Assembly: GCF_006345805.1 (NCBI RefSeq)
Contig: NC_043011.1
Coordinates: 58,354,464 to 58,418,463, forward strand
From: Octopus sinensis
Lineage: Eukaryota
Direction of reading: 5' to 3'
Length of the DNA stretch: 64,000 nt
The notes below the pieces were generated by a model, which was not told the DNA's origin, made no database searches, and was given only the letters and a program-made list of their open reading frames with translations. Of the stretch, positions 38,632 to 52,502 are shown piece by piece. The position numbers were made by a program, and so were the translations under genes. Positions within the stretch are counted from its first letter, which is position 1. The number at the start of each line of letters is the position of its first letter.

Positions 38632-38718
38632 AATTTAATTGCACCAATAACACTAATGTAAATTTAATTGCAACAAATATACTAATGTAAATTTAATTAC
38701 ACCAAATATACTAATGTA
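38632..38718. repeat. 29-bp minisatellite, three copies
   Basis: aatttaattgcaccaataacactaatgta-like units at 38632, 38661 and 38690. Confidence 0.9.
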
Positions 38719-39299
38719 AATATATAATTTAGTGAAGATGTGTTCGAAGCATTCGTCCGTAAATATTCTCCATAGTGTTAACTGTGAATGCAATGGACTT
38801 ACTTCAAGATTATCTGACCTCTATAACTATATTATTTTTATTTCCGTATCAAACAATTATGTGAGGTTTGTGAATTTGTATTTAGCTAAATGCTGTATTT
38901 AAAATGTACACAGTCAATATTTCAAATGCAACACCTTTTGACAGAACATAATATTACGTATATGCTTTAATTAATGACCTCACTATTTCTTTTACCTATT
39001 AGGCATTTCACTTAGTAATCTGGGAAAGGAATAGGCACTCCAGGGATACGTCTCAAACCAGAAGAATGTTATGCATTGGTACATACACAGCAATTTGGAG
39101 AATGTCTACAATCATTAAAAGCATCACATTTCGTCTGGAAGGCTACGCCACTGACAACCTGGAATAGAAACATTTCGATGTGCTCTACCTGTGGGAAGGA
39201 TTTCAGTAACTGTCCAAAAAAAAAAAGCCTCCAAGATTCAAACTTAACCTTTGGACATGACATTCTTACTAGAACACATATTCACACCATCTAAAAACG

Positions 39300-39900
39300 C
39301 TATATGAAAAAAAACGTCGTATTGTTCTACCTGCCATGCCAAATCCACACCACAACCAGAATTTATTCACACGATTCAAAGCAAATAATACTGATGGGAC
39401 AGTTCAATAAAACCAGCAACCCGCTGACAGAACTATGGCCCAAATATTGTTGTATGGAGAAGGGAGCAATAGTCGTACACTGTTGCAAAGACAAGCAGTT
39501 TGATGGATGTGAAGAAAATGGGAACATTTTTCGTAAACTAATGCGAAAGATATAGCACTAATATCCAGCCGAAATATATTCACTTGTTCCTTCACAACTG
39601 ATTTGCATTAACCAAAAAACAAAGCTTGGAAAAGATGGAATTTAATCCTAAAAAATACGGGGTCAATTCAATGGCATTCTCCAAATACAATTGATGGGAT
39701 GTAAAGGGAAAATTTGTAACACTTTAAGCTCTACCACTGCCACCATCACCATTATCATAATATACTCTGCACATTGTTATTACTAATTCACGTACAGCTA
39801 CAATGAATAATTCAATTGTTACATAGGTGTTCTATTCCAACGGTATTTCTTTAAAGAACTCAGTACACATTCCTTGTGCAAAATTCAAACTTCCTCATGA
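39300..39900 (+). mobile_element. Degenerate DNA-transposase relic, probably piggyBac-like, copy 1
   Basis: Alignable by eye to 41900-42150 and 43130-43590; ICINQ (cf. ICIDE), KKYGV (cf. KYGIK) and CSIPT (cf. CGTIR) motifs. Confidence 0.35.
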
Positions 39901-40017
39901 TACATACATAGTGTTCGTTATCAAGTGAACTACTTCAAACTTTACTTACTCCACCTTACGTTTCCTTCTCTCTTCTCAGTTTGTACTCCTTAATGTTTCC
40001 ACACGCATATATAAATA

Positions 40018-40077
<60 letters not shown>

Positions 40078-40243
40078 CATATATATATACATATATATAT
40101 ATACATATATATACATATATATACATATATATATATATAGATACATATATATATATACATACATATATATATTGATACATATATATATATACATACATAT
40201 ATACATACATACATATATGCATACATACATATATACATAGATA

Positions 40244-40281
<38 letters not shown>

Positions 40282-40293
40282 CACACACACAAG

Positions 40294-40361
<68 letters not shown>

Positions 40362-40699
40362 AACAGCATGATTTATACGATGTGGCACAATATTCACGAA
40401 CTCATGTAGTTCCACAGCTGTGTGAATTACAGATTAGAAATCGTCATTTGAAATTACATCAAATTCATGTGCTCAGTTACGTCAATGTTTATATTTTGAG
40501 AAGCCAAATTTGGGATAAAACCCCGATCATCTTTATATTTTTTTTTTCCCATGCCAGCAAATACAGGTTCCCCCAAATCGCTGCAAAAATCCAAATTATT
40601 TTTTTAGATTCAGGTCATTCCTAATTCAGCAGAAATTTGGTCAAAGACACTTCCTTTATGATCACCTTATATTGTGTATCTAGCTTCACATAAGCGATA

Positions 40700-41255
40700 C
40701 TGTGTATACTGCAAAATTCGACTCGCGATTTTTCTTGAAATAATGTTGAATTATTTCCATATATCAAATCTAAAATTCGATTCTATTTCTTCACGCATGT
40801 CAGACCAACATATGTTTGTCAAGAAGCTACATTACAGATTTCCTCAGGTGACAGTTTATTGAAGATGCAAAACCTCTTCGTCACATCTCTTGGCAACGCA
40901 GTTTACATTCGATTTCAAACTGCATGCTGGAGGGGTTTTATGACTTACTTCTTCAGATGATATCTAAGATCACACAATCGCTGCCGGCTGATCAAAAAGA
41001 TAATATATTCGAGTTTCATCAGTTTTTAATCAGAAATCGGTAGATGAAAGACTACAGTTTTTCAGTTATTGGGAACATAAACGAAACCCATATTCCTATC
41101 GACATGACAGAGAATCGAATTCTATAACCAAACAAAAGACAGAAAAGAAACATCGATGAAAAGCACCGGCCTCGAAAAAAGTAAGATCACCAGAGTATTT
41201 TCTTTGGTTCCGATTCACTTCTGTTAAAGACGATGGTTGTATTTAAGTGAAAAAC
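40700..41255 (+). mobile_element. pogo-family DDE transposase relic
   Basis: ITQSLPADQKDNIFEFHQFLI...YSFSVIGNINETHIPIDM...KSTGLEK...LKTMVVFK (cf. IGNMDETP..FDM...KTTGHEK...LKPMVIFK). Confidence 0.75.
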
Positions 41256-41260
41256 TCTAG

Positions 41261-41610
41261 TCCTGGTAACTTAGCAGTTTGCTATAAGAGACCGACGGAG
41301 TAACTACAAGGTTTTAAATAAAAGTACTGGAGTCGATACTTAAGTGTGAGTAAGAGCCTCTGTCTGCGCGCGCGTGTGTGCATGTGTAAGTGTTTGTTGG
41401 TGTCTTCGTGTTTATGATTGTGTGTGTCTGTGTTTGTCCCCCACAAATGCTTGGCGACTTTCTGTGTTTATGTAACCGATCGGCAAAAGAGACTAACAAA
41501 ATAAGCAGCAGGCATTAAACAAAACAACAAAAGAAATGAAAATAAATCCTGGGGTCAATTTTTTGGACTAAATATCTTTAAAATCCCTACGACGGTCGCA
41601 GTCTAATTAT
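41261..41610 (+). mobile_element. SINE family B, 3' fragments
   Basis: gtaacttagcagttt, gtgtttgtccccc and acggtcgcagtcta segments. Confidence 0.6.
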
Positions 41611-41879
41611 TAACAAATTAATGTACAATTCAAATCATTGATAACAAAGATGAAGATGTTCATTACACTGATAACATTAATCCACGGATTATGATGATTG
41701 ATTCCGTGCTGAAGGTTCCTAAGATTGGTATTTTGCAGAAGGTCAAAGCAGTTTTGTTTCAAATATTTAAGATGTCGCATAAAATCGTATCTTAAATGGG
41801 TGCAAAAAGGAAGTACTTCACGTTTAGTAAGCATAAATGACGGCTTGTGCTCCCATTCTCGTTTCTGTTGATTATATTT

Positions 41880-42150
41880 GTTTTTTAATGATTTTCTACT
41901 CCTTTCAGTCATCGAAATGAAGAGCACTAATATCTACCCTAAATATCTTCATTTGATTCTGACAACTGAATTGCATTACCCCCCGCCAAAGAAAAAAAAA
42001 CAAGAAGTAAAAATACTGAATTTCATCTAAAATGTACGAAGTAAAATGACCATTCTCGAAACACAATCGCTGAGTTCTAAAGTGAAAATTTGGAAAACAT
42101 TCTGGGTATATTTTCTGTGTTTGAGGTTCTTGGACTGCGCACACGCTGTT
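41880..42150 (+). mobile_element. Probable piggyBac-like relic, copy 2
   Basis: agcactaatatc...gaaaattt...ttctgtgtttgaggttctt shared with copies 1 and 3. Confidence 0.3.
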
Positions 42151-42170
42151 GTTGACACTCCGTCTGTTAC

Positions 42171-42360
42171 GACCACGAGGGTTCCAGTTAGTGTGTTCCG
42201 ATGTTGGTGTGTTTACATCCCCGAAACCTAGGGGTTCGACAGAAGATCCAATGGAATAAGTACTAAGGCTTATAAAGAATAAGTTCTGTGGTCAGTTTAT
42301 TCGACTAAAGGCGGCGCTCCTGCATGGTCGCATTCAAATGACTGAGACAAATAAAATAAT
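42171..42360 (+). mobile_element. SINE family B, 3' half
   Basis: gatgttggtgtgtttacatcccc...aaaggcggcgctcctgcatggtcgc...caaatgactgag. Confidence 0.75.
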
Positions 42361-43129
42361 AATATATATATATAATTATTGTTTGAGGGAATATTATTCC
42401 TAACTTACAGGGAAAAATTCAATTTATATATATATATATATATATAAATTAGAAAAAAAACACCTTTTATCAATTCAAAATGAACAATTAAATTACACCA
42501 TCTAGAAAATTACATATAATAGAAATATTTAAATTAAAATAACAATAATATACCGATGATTAAGTAAATTGCAAAATAATAATAAAAACGTATATATTTG
42601 GTAGAATAACGACACGTATTTCCTGGTTGTATTTAAGAAATGATTATAGTAAAAAAGTTAATTGTAGTAGTAAAGTCACTTCGATATAATATATACATTC
42701 TTATTCTTTTACAACACGATTTCTCGATGTAAAGCAATTTTATTATTAATTCGTGTAGCTGGAGCAGCTGTGAGACGTAATATTAAGAAGTAAGTAGTAA
42801 TTAGAAAACAGTCATTTTAAACAATATCAAATTTATATCCTGTGTTGCGTGAAATGTTCATCAATGGAGGCGTCCAGCATTTGGATGAACAAACGATAAC
42901 GTCTGTACGTCGTTCTTTACACGCCAACATTTTTTGATTCCAGAAATGGGCTGCATATTCCTTATTGTGGTTACATACAGGTTGCTTCCTACTACGCCAG
43001 ACATATTATCAAAGACACTCAATTATCATTTCAACACTTAGTAATATAACAAATCGCAACAATAGTTATAAGTGCTGATGCAAAATTATAATTTTGGTAG
43101 AGATGACGTTTTCTGGAAGCATCTTTACC

Positions 43130-43620
43130 ATTGTCTCTTGACTAAACGGGAAAACATTTATCGAGAACTAATGAGAAATATAGAGCTTTAATATCCAACA
43201 GTAATGTTTTCATTTGTTTCTTAATAACAGCTTTGCATTAACCAAAAACCCAAAACTAGAAAAAAACTAGACTTTATCCAAAAAGTATGGAATAAAATTA
43301 TGCCTATTCCCCAAATACAATCCATGAGTTGAAGAGCGAAAATTTGTAAGTCATGAAGGGCTTCTTTCTGTTTGAGGTTCTTCAACTGCACACATGCAAT
43401 CAAGTTTATAAACACTCGTGCTGTTTCTACAAAACATCACCATTACCATAATATTGTGTACATTGTTATTACTAATTTTACATCCTGCCACATTGAATAA
43501 TTTAAATATTACATACTTGTTATATTCGAACGATGCTTCTATAAAGGCTCGGCCGACTTCTCTTGTGCAAAGTTCAAACCAGTTGATGATATTTATGTCT
43601 ATAGCGTTAGTAATAAACAA
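43130..43620 (+). mobile_element. Probable piggyBac-like relic, copy 3
   Basis: KKYGIKL and YHNIVYI...NFTS (cf. YH.VY.DN.FTS) motifs; collinear with copy 1. Confidence 0.35.
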
Positions 43621-43812
43621 AACACTGCTCCAACGTTTGTTTGCACCAGTTTTCGTATTCTTATCTCTTTCTCAACTTGCTCTCCTTAAATGTTTGCTTT
43701 TCTTTTTTTACACACACATATATTTCTATATGTATATATTTAAATATACATGCATACATACATACATACATATACACACACATGTATATAATATATATAT
43801 ATATATACATAC

Positions 43813-43852
<40 letters not shown>

Positions 43853-44104
43853 GTACATATATATATATATATATTTTTTTTTTTTCCAGACAAGAGGAAA
43901 AAATCTATCAGAAAGGAACTCTATCTCTCTTTAAAAAATTTCTTTTGATAAGCATAACAAATGCGCAACCGGTAAAAAGAACTTTCACCTAATTAAATTA
44001 CTTAAATTACTTAAATTATTTTGTCAGCATTTTCTTCATTTCCTTTTATATATAATATATATATAATATATATATATATAATATATATATATATATATAA
44101 TATA

Positions 44105-44206
44105 TAATAGTTATCGCCATACTAATATGGCAGTCTTATAAATATAAGATTAAAGCTGTCGCTGATTAGCTCCAAGACTCCCATATTAGTATGGCGATAA
44201 CTATTA
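44105..44206. repeat. 26-bp perfect inverted repeat (hairpin)
   Basis: taatagttatcgccatactaatatgg (44105-44130) and ccatattagtatggcgataactatta (44181-44206). Confidence 0.95.
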
Positions 44207-44265
44207 ATATCCAGTAACGCTGCCGTAATCTCCTTTAGAGAGATTAGTAATTTTAATATTTCTCT

Positions 44266-44336
<71 letters not shown>

Positions 44337-44365
44337 ATATAATATATATAAATATATGAATATAT

Positions 44366-44461
<96 letters not shown>

Positions 44462-47117
44462 TTTCACGCCTAATTATATCCTTGCGTGTAAACATATGTC
44501 TGTATCTGTGGTCGTTCTACAGTCATATATTTATTAATCAACCCCGTTATTTCAGATTTGCACACACCATCAGTCTGTCTTACTTGCAGAATAGAAGGAA
44601 AAAAAATCACCTAAGATCCACGAAACGGAAGACAGCTGCGATTTTTTTCTACATCTTTGAGTGTAAACAAAATTTAGCCATATACAAATATTTGAAAAAT
44701 ACATTTAAATTTAATGATCTCGTGAGCTTTCTGATAAATTTCCTCGTAGTAATTATTATTTGTCTTTAATAAATAGTTCTATTCATCGAAATAACACAAT
44801 GTTTGGGAATCTGTGTTACTTGTTTATTTTGAAACCAGGAAGATGTGAAATATTGAAAATCGGAAAATTGTATGAGAAAAAAATTCTTAGATATTTTCCT
44901 GACCAGAGTTACTGCGTGAAAGCCTATAATCCACTTTCGGCTGGAGCATGAAATACTAATTCTCTGCTACTTCCTTGATATATTAAAATTATATCTAATT
45001 AACTCTCTTCTGTTTTTGAACGCACTTGCATAAAATTTGTGTAGTATTTCTTTTCATACTCTCTTGGCTGAGACGCTGTTTCATATTGAGAGGTCACGGC
45101 TCTAGAGCCATGGAAATGGGGCTAAAAGGACGAAGGAAAAGATCACCAGAGAGATTCATGAAACAGAGCCGACCAGTTGATGAGCTATGAGCGGACCAGA
45201 GGGAGATTATATGGATACTATCCATAGTCTCGTTTGATCACAATAAGGAATCTATCAGGAAAGTATTATGACGGTTGCTTCTGATAGAGTTTCAAAATAT
45301 AATTCAAAATAATCATCCACCTAAATTTATGTTTTGCAATATAATCAGATGTAACTGTGCAATGGGCAATATTATTTACACTCAACAGTTACACTTAGAA
45401 TCTTTATCCAAATTCTGATAAGGACAGCTGTTCATTTCTTGTGATGTCATTTAACCAAACTGGAACAAATATATTCTATCCACCGGAATTATGTTTCTAA
45501 TCAATCTACAAATAATATGGGAAATGTACTCATAAAACGAAAACGTTTCCTTTGTGTACTCTCTCAATGATAAAAGTTATTTATCATTGATATCTCTATT
45601 ATTCATCAATTACTTATCAGTGTTTGAATAGCCCTTCTCAAAATTCGAAGTTCCAATTATGTGTGTTTTTGTGTCGAAATTGTAGTTTTAAAACTCCAAT
45701 ACGATAGGGTAGGCGAGCATGGTTTGTATAAGTAGTAGCATTGTAAATTTTACTAATGTTTGTTTTGGTTCTGGTATAATATGTCAAGATCGAAATGTAA
45801 GGGAATTGTTTTCTTCGGATATATGCAGACAAATTTTTAAGCGGTATTCTATTACAGATTGTGTTATGGAGATATCCCGTTTATTTTTCTGTTCAAATAA
45901 ATAGTTTGCGTAAGTTTAATTAAATCGGTGTTGCAAAAAAAATTAATTTATATCTTAAAGAGACACGGACTAATCAATGAATCTTAGACAGTGTACATAA
46001 TTGTCTGTTAATGTCGGTGTCTATTTTAAAATCTCCTGCCATCTTAAAACGAATCAAATACAATATTTACTTTTGAAGATATTTTCTATGATATATCTAA
46101 ACTTTCGCGATGGAATGCTATAAATATTTGGATAAAGATTTAAAGTCAACAAACAATTTTTTACACTTTTTTGTTATTATTTAACGAAATGGCCGTTCAG
46201 CAACACATTTATTCTCTTGCCGATGAAAAAGTATTTCCAATGTGAATTAACATTCTGAAGATGATATAGTTTGGAAACTCTATAATTCATGAGAATACAA
46301 CACTGTGTAATTGTCTGAAATATTTGTTTGGGAAGATATACAAGTATATATTTATATAGTTTTTTATATTCTTTTTCGTGAACTTGATTTACAATCTCTA
46401 TCTTCAGATATATATTCGGCATCATGTCCATCACGTCATTTAAATGTTTTTTTATAAATTTTTATCTTATAATATATTTATGGTTCATGGTATACAGTAT
46501 TCACTGGCATCTGGGTAGCCAAGTTAAAGTTAGCCAAAATCTCAGAATTTTCTTTCACTTTGAATTCCTGATGGATTTGGAATATTCGCAACTTAGAAAG
46601 TCATGATATATAGGAGCAGAGATTTGGGGAATTGTTTATTTATATCGACACCTCAAAATATTTCACAGGCATATGTTTAGATTTATTGATATGGTAAATC
46701 TATTTACACGGAGAACAAATCAATAATTAGAACAAACAGTAAGTATACTACTCCAAATAAAAAGAAATCAAAATATACAGAATTCAAATAATTTTGGCTT
46801 CAGTCACTGTTATATTTATTTAGCATTTCAATAGATAGTTCTAGTTAAAGACGCCTACATACCTCAAATAGGCATTTATTATAACCAATTTATAATTTAC
46901 ATTAAACTGGTTATCATACTATTCGTTTAATAATATGAGGCCAGTCCTCAAATTACTGTCGAAAATGAATATTTATATTCTAATAATCCTCAAGGAATAG
47001 CCATTAATTAAAGATACTATTGTTTCTACACCTCATAACGTCCATTCTTCTCGCTGTGTCTTAATTAAATTTTGCTTCCAACTCTTATACTCAAATGCAT
47101 ATGTATGTGTGTGTGTT

Positions 47118-47176
<59 letters not shown>

Positions 47177-47416
47177 TATCGTTATAATCAAACATAAAAT
47201 CCATATAGGATTTTATCAAATAGCTAGCACGCAAGAAACTATTTAGGTAAAAATTAATAGTAGTTTATTTTATAGATATTTATAAAATTATCTATCAATT
47301 TACCTATATATATATATATATATGTATATTATATATATATATATCTATATATATCTACCAACCTATCTATCTATATCTATATCTATATATCTATCTATCT
47401 CTCTCTATATATATAC

Positions 47417-47501
<85 letters not shown>

Positions 47502-47618
47502 CATACACAGATAGAGGGCAACATAAACATACACATGTATTCACGCACACATACATACTCACATATATATGCACTTACATATACATGAATAGTTGAATAA
47601 GACCTTGAAAGGGGGAAG

Positions 47619-47656
<38 letters not shown>

Positions 47657-48041
47657 CATGTATGCATATGTTCATCTGTGTGTGCGCGTACGTCTATGTA
47701 TCTATGAATATTTACATATAAATTCTAAGTTTTAGCGATTCTTTGTAGCCTGATAGGACATATGACGGATTCATACTATCCTTATTATCTCAGACCTGTT
47801 TCTATGTTTGACATCGTTAACTATCTTTCAGTAATGATATTTGCGTCATAAATATATCTTGCTGTGATGTACTTTCATCACAAATCTTACACAACGGATT
47901 GAATACATGTAATTTTCTAGTTGAAATAACTAAATATAAAATCAGCCGCCGTATACAGACAAACGGCAAACGTGAATAAAACTGTATCTGGACGTCAGGA
48001 ATGTTTGTGTTAAATTCATTATAAATGATGTCAGAATCTTC

Positions 48042-48335
48042 CTAATTTCGAAATTCCTGGACTAACGTGGAATCATAACAAGCTACAGACCCAGCAATTT
48101 TATTGAGGAACTCGGAGTAAATACAGCTATAAATAGTTGTAGAAAGCCTGTCATCATTGCGGAAGATGTAGTTTCTAGTTCCGAGAGTAGCCTTTGACTT
48201 TTTCCATCCGAAGGCCTTTGTAAGCCAATTTTTACATGCATCATATAAAGCTTTATCTACTTCGAGACTAGCTCCTCTCGAAGTTTGTAAATTCTTATGA
48301 TGCAACCATTTCTCACAAACTGTATTCGTGAGCAA
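48042..48335 (-). mobile_element. Possible Tigger/pogo CENP-B-type HTH relic
   Basis: EVDKALY...KAFGWKK (cf. ELDKALY.W...KASNGWL). Confidence 0.3.
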
Positions 48336-48589
48336 TGGCCATATAATTCATCTCAGATATTTATAAATTTATTTCAAGTACCGATTAGAAATTTGCCTAT
48401 CATGCTAACGATTCTGGCAGATCGACGCCTTAGGGAAGTGGTGTAAATACGTTAATAAAGCGTTGTGATGATTTAAAAGAATCCAGAAATGTAATTTATC
48501 TGCCATGGGGAGTTAGGTTAACTAAATGCAGAAATAAGTTAATGAAACTTATATGCATTTTGTATACATGTCACCGACACCATGTCTAT

Positions 48590-48925
48590 TTCCTGAATCG
48601 AGGAAAGAACCTTGTTTGTATGAATTTGTTTTGTAAGATTCCTCATGTGAAACTGGGTGTTGAAACTAATATTGTTGTATTTCGGGATGGTCATTAATTT
48701 TCTTGCCAAATAAACACATGCACATCATATAAGTTCTTCACTCGTTTGTTATTGTTCTTATTTTATCTTCTGTCCATTCTCTGCAAATCTTCCGTCACGC
48801 ATCTATGACCTCCTCAGCGAGTCTTCCATCCAAGTTTTTCCTCCTGTTCTGTTTATTCCATTCTGTCTCTTTGTGACGTGTATCCTTATTTGAGAATATT
48901 GAAAAACGAGAAGCCAAACTTCATA
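48590..48925 (-). mobile_element. Penelope-like terminal fragment
   Basis: Degenerate hammerhead-like CTGAGGA-ggtca...tgac-ggaa on the minus strand at about 48790-48818; abuts a TA array. Confidence 0.4.
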
Positions 48926-48927
48926 TA

Positions 48928-48968
<41 letters not shown>

Positions 48969-49004
48969 ATATATTATATATATATATTATATTATATTCT
49001 ATAT

Positions 49005-49165
49005 ATTTTGTCTCTCCTTGTTTCTTTCTGTGTCCCTTTCCCCTTTCTGTACAAGGGTGTAGGCTCGAAACATAAAGGACCTTTTCTATTCTTGAGCGTT
49101 ATACTAATACATCTGTTTGTTTTGTACACCACCTGTCTTCGTCTTTTGGTTTTTCGTAAACTCTG
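49005..49165 (+). mobile_element. Penelope-like terminal fragment, same family as 11015
   Basis: gtaggctcgaaacataaag...ttgagcgttatactaatacatctgtttgt is homologous to 11070-11150. Confidence 0.55.
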
Positions 49166-49388
49166 AACTATTAAGCTAAGCCGCCCATGACCACAAATTC
49201 TTCCGCAAATTTAAGTTCTATAGAAATCTCGCTTTATGAGACGCTATCATACGTTAAATTCAAATTACGATGAACGTAACAAGCGTTAAGAAGTCTTAGA
49301 AAGTTAAAGAAGTGATTTTAAATTCTCAAATGAAGGATAATGGTAATAATATAGCCTGAACAGGATGAGCTACACCTGTATATATAGT

Positions 49389-49469
<81 letters not shown>

Positions 49470-50560
49470 ATAATTGCATCGTGGACGGTGTTTATACGCC
49501 ATTTAAAAACACACACAGAGAAAAAAGTTGGATTCACTTCAACATTTAAATTTAATTTGCCAAAATGTTTTCGTCGTCTTGAGAGCGCCACCTGCAGCAC
49601 GGAATCTTTGTCAGTGAGTATGTCGCGATCTCAAAGCGGGGAAAATATTTTGGCAAATTAAATATAAATATTTTGTGTGTTTCTTAAATGGCTTATTAAC
49701 ACCTTCCACTCTGCAATTAGTTTCGTTCCAGCACACGATCGCAGATCAGTTCACTTGCTATGCAAGTACATCTCTGTAATATATATAATTACATGCTTAC
49801 ATATGTTCATCTGTGAGTGCGCGCATATGTCTATGTATCTATATATATTAAATACATCTCTGTCGTACACTGTTACTACTAGTAATCGCATTCTTATAGT
49901 GAAATTCTTCACTATACTGGGGGCAATCTAATAATTGAAACAAAAATATGATTGCATCGGTGCAGCTACTGAAGTGCTGGGAAATCTAGGCTTAACTTTT
50001 AATAACGTCGGAAAAAGGAAATTATGGAGCGATCTCTAACGTAAATACCTTGCGTTTAGGAAAATAACAAATAAAGGAAATTGCGTTGTTGCAAAGATTC
50101 AAGTCACCCGATAATTACAAAATATCAATACTAAATATCCTTTTGGTGTGAAAGTAAACTGAAAATATTCCCTGTTCAAAGAAAAGTAATTCTGAACAAA
50201 TACTTATAAATAGATTTAATATGGAGCAGTTTCAAAATAATTAAATGCCATCTAAATATTATAGTGAATTAGGAACCTCGCAGAGATGGATGACATACAT
50301 ATTACAGCAAGAGAGAAAGGTTGAAGTGGTGTTGTTTCACCTGCATAAGCATCAGACACACTTCATCGCTGTGCATGCATACTGACATCACTCATGCAAT
50401 CACACATTTGTGCGCATGGTTATAATGTATCAGCTAAGTATATATGTGTGCATGAGTGTAGGTATGTATACGCGTGTGTTTGCGTTACACACACCATGGC
50501 GTATTACACTATACTATATACACACTAATATATAGATATATACATACGTGTATATAAGTA

Positions 50561-50746
50561 CAGTAATCCCTCGCCGTATCGCTGTACACCTATCGCGGTT
50601 TATTATTTAAGCTTACGTCGATTCCTCAGTGGTGATGTTTAGCATTTATATTGAAATAAATTAATATACAGATTATAAAAAAAAAAGAGAAATTTAAACA
50701 GTAGAGTACTGTTTCTACTTCGCGGGTTTTCACCTTTCGCGGGGCA
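50561..50746 (+). mobile_element. Tigger-type MITE, 3' end degraded
   Basis: TA|CAGTAATCCCTCGCCGTATCGC terminal motif. Confidence 0.55.
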
Positions 50747-50833
50747 TGTACCTATCATAATAACATATATCTGTGTGCATATTTAGTGAGTCGACCACAG
50801 AATTTATTATTTAACTTTACAATCAAAAATAAT

Positions 50834-51213
50834 TTCTAGTATAGGCACAAGACCCGAAATTTGGTGGCATCGAGCCAGTGGATTAAATCGACCCCAGTAC
50901 GCAACTGGTACTTAATTTATCGATCCCCGAAAGGATGAACGGCAACGTCGACCGCGGTGGAATTCGAACTAAGAACGTAAAGAGACAAAATACCTATTTC
51001 TTTACTACCCACAAGGGGCTAAATACAGAGGGGACAAACAAGGACAGGCATACGGATTAAGTCGATTACATCGATCACAGTGCGTACTGGTGCTTAATTT
51101 ATCGACCCCGAATGGATGAAAGGCAAAGTCGACCTCGGCGGAATTTGAACTCAGAACGCAACGGCGGACGAAATACCACTTGGCGTGCTAACAATTCTGT
51201 CAGCTCGCCGCCT
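50834..51213 (-). mobile_element. SINE family A, dimeric copy
   Basis: Reverse complement of the 36770 structure. Confidence 0.9.
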
Positions 51214-51339
51214 TTTTTAAATCACAAACCCGATGCCTTTCTTGATTGCTTCTAGGGGCGCAACGCTTTTAAATAGAAAAGAAATGCAAATTGGCTTCAA
51301 ATTTTGCATTTAGACAAGCAAGTTCGAGGCCAGGCTACA

Positions 51340-51492
51340 TCAATTATTTCTAGTCCCGTTTTTAACTGGCACCTCTTTTCTCGACCCCTAAAGAATGGAC
51401 AGCCAAATCCACCTCAGGGGAATTTGAACTCAGAACGTAAAGACGGACGAAATGCCGCTAAGAAATTTGCTTATCACCTAACGATTCTTAGG
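51340..51492 (-). mobile_element. SINE family A, degenerate monomer
   Basis: gaatttgaactcagaacgtaaagacggacgaaatgccgctaag. Confidence 0.7.
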
Positions 51493-51741
51493 GAACTGGT
51501 GTAAACTTGTACTCGAAATCCCAATAAAATATATTCAGTTTACTGCCATTGCAACAATATGTAAGATTATGCAAATCGATATAACTAATATACATGGGTT
51601 GATAGTGTTTATCATTGCTCTTGTCGATCACAAATTTCAGGCGTTAGTCTCTCGCTCCATTTTATTGTCCCATGACATCCTGTTTCTGCTCAGTATATTC
51701 ATAAAACGGATATTTATTTTTAAATTATTACATTATGAAGT

Positions 51742-51778
<37 letters not shown>

Positions 51779-52502
51779 ACACACACACACACACGATATA
51801 AAGTTCATTGAAATAAACCAAATTTCACCAAATATTTGCCGTCCAGAGAGTTTGGTGATTATTACTTATAAGTAGTTCGCTTTTTGATTTGGTTTGCAAG
51901 ATTCTTTATATGAGTTCGTGTGTTGAAGCATATTCTGTCTTGAGTCAAGACTATGGAAAAGGTTGCAAGACGAAGCGAAAATTTTAGGAAAATAAAATAA
52001 GAAATAAGTGAACATTTTTTCCGGTGAGTATGTTACATTATAAGGCACAAAATGAAAATAACTCTCCCCAGACACAACAGAATATGCTTATAAGTAGTTT
52101 AGAAAAATTAAAGGTTTTGGCAATATCTAGAATCTGGCCCCAAAAAATTAAAATGAAAAGAGGGTGGCGCATACTTCTTATATCCTACATTTCCCTCAGA
52201 ATATGTTGGGGGTAACTAAGACAATATTTAAGATTCAAAGGGAGAGAGACAGACACAGAGGAAAAGAGACAGGGAGCCAGAGAGGCAGACAGTCACATAG
52301 GCGAGCAGATAGATAGGCAGAGAATGCGATAGTGGATGAAGATTCGCGTGAATGTGAGTCTTTCAAACAGAAAGTGTGAAAGTAAATAACTGGAAAAATA
52401 TGACTGCAACTTGCGTGAGAGAGACAGATAATAGAATCGTGAGTAAGCTTAGGTTAATATTCATCTACTTTTACACCTAGACACATCCTTGATAAAACTT
52501 AC

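Noticed and set aside
38632-38718. 29-bp repeats considered as a CRISPR-like array
   Set aside because: Units are contiguous with no unique spacers, in a eukaryotic context with no cas genes
43418-43948. 176-aa ORF with superficial similarity to Cys-loop receptor TM segments (PTSLV)
   Set aside because: Spacing does not fit, the homologous copy at 39.7 kb is frameshifted here, and the C-terminal half is microsatellite; a transposase relic fits better
6841-47588. Many long ORFs rich in YIYI, CVCV or HTHT (e.g. 10316-11065, 10370-10963, 29466-29851, 30563-31027, 39976-40415)
   Set aside because: They are translations of TA/CA microsatellites, which lack stop codons
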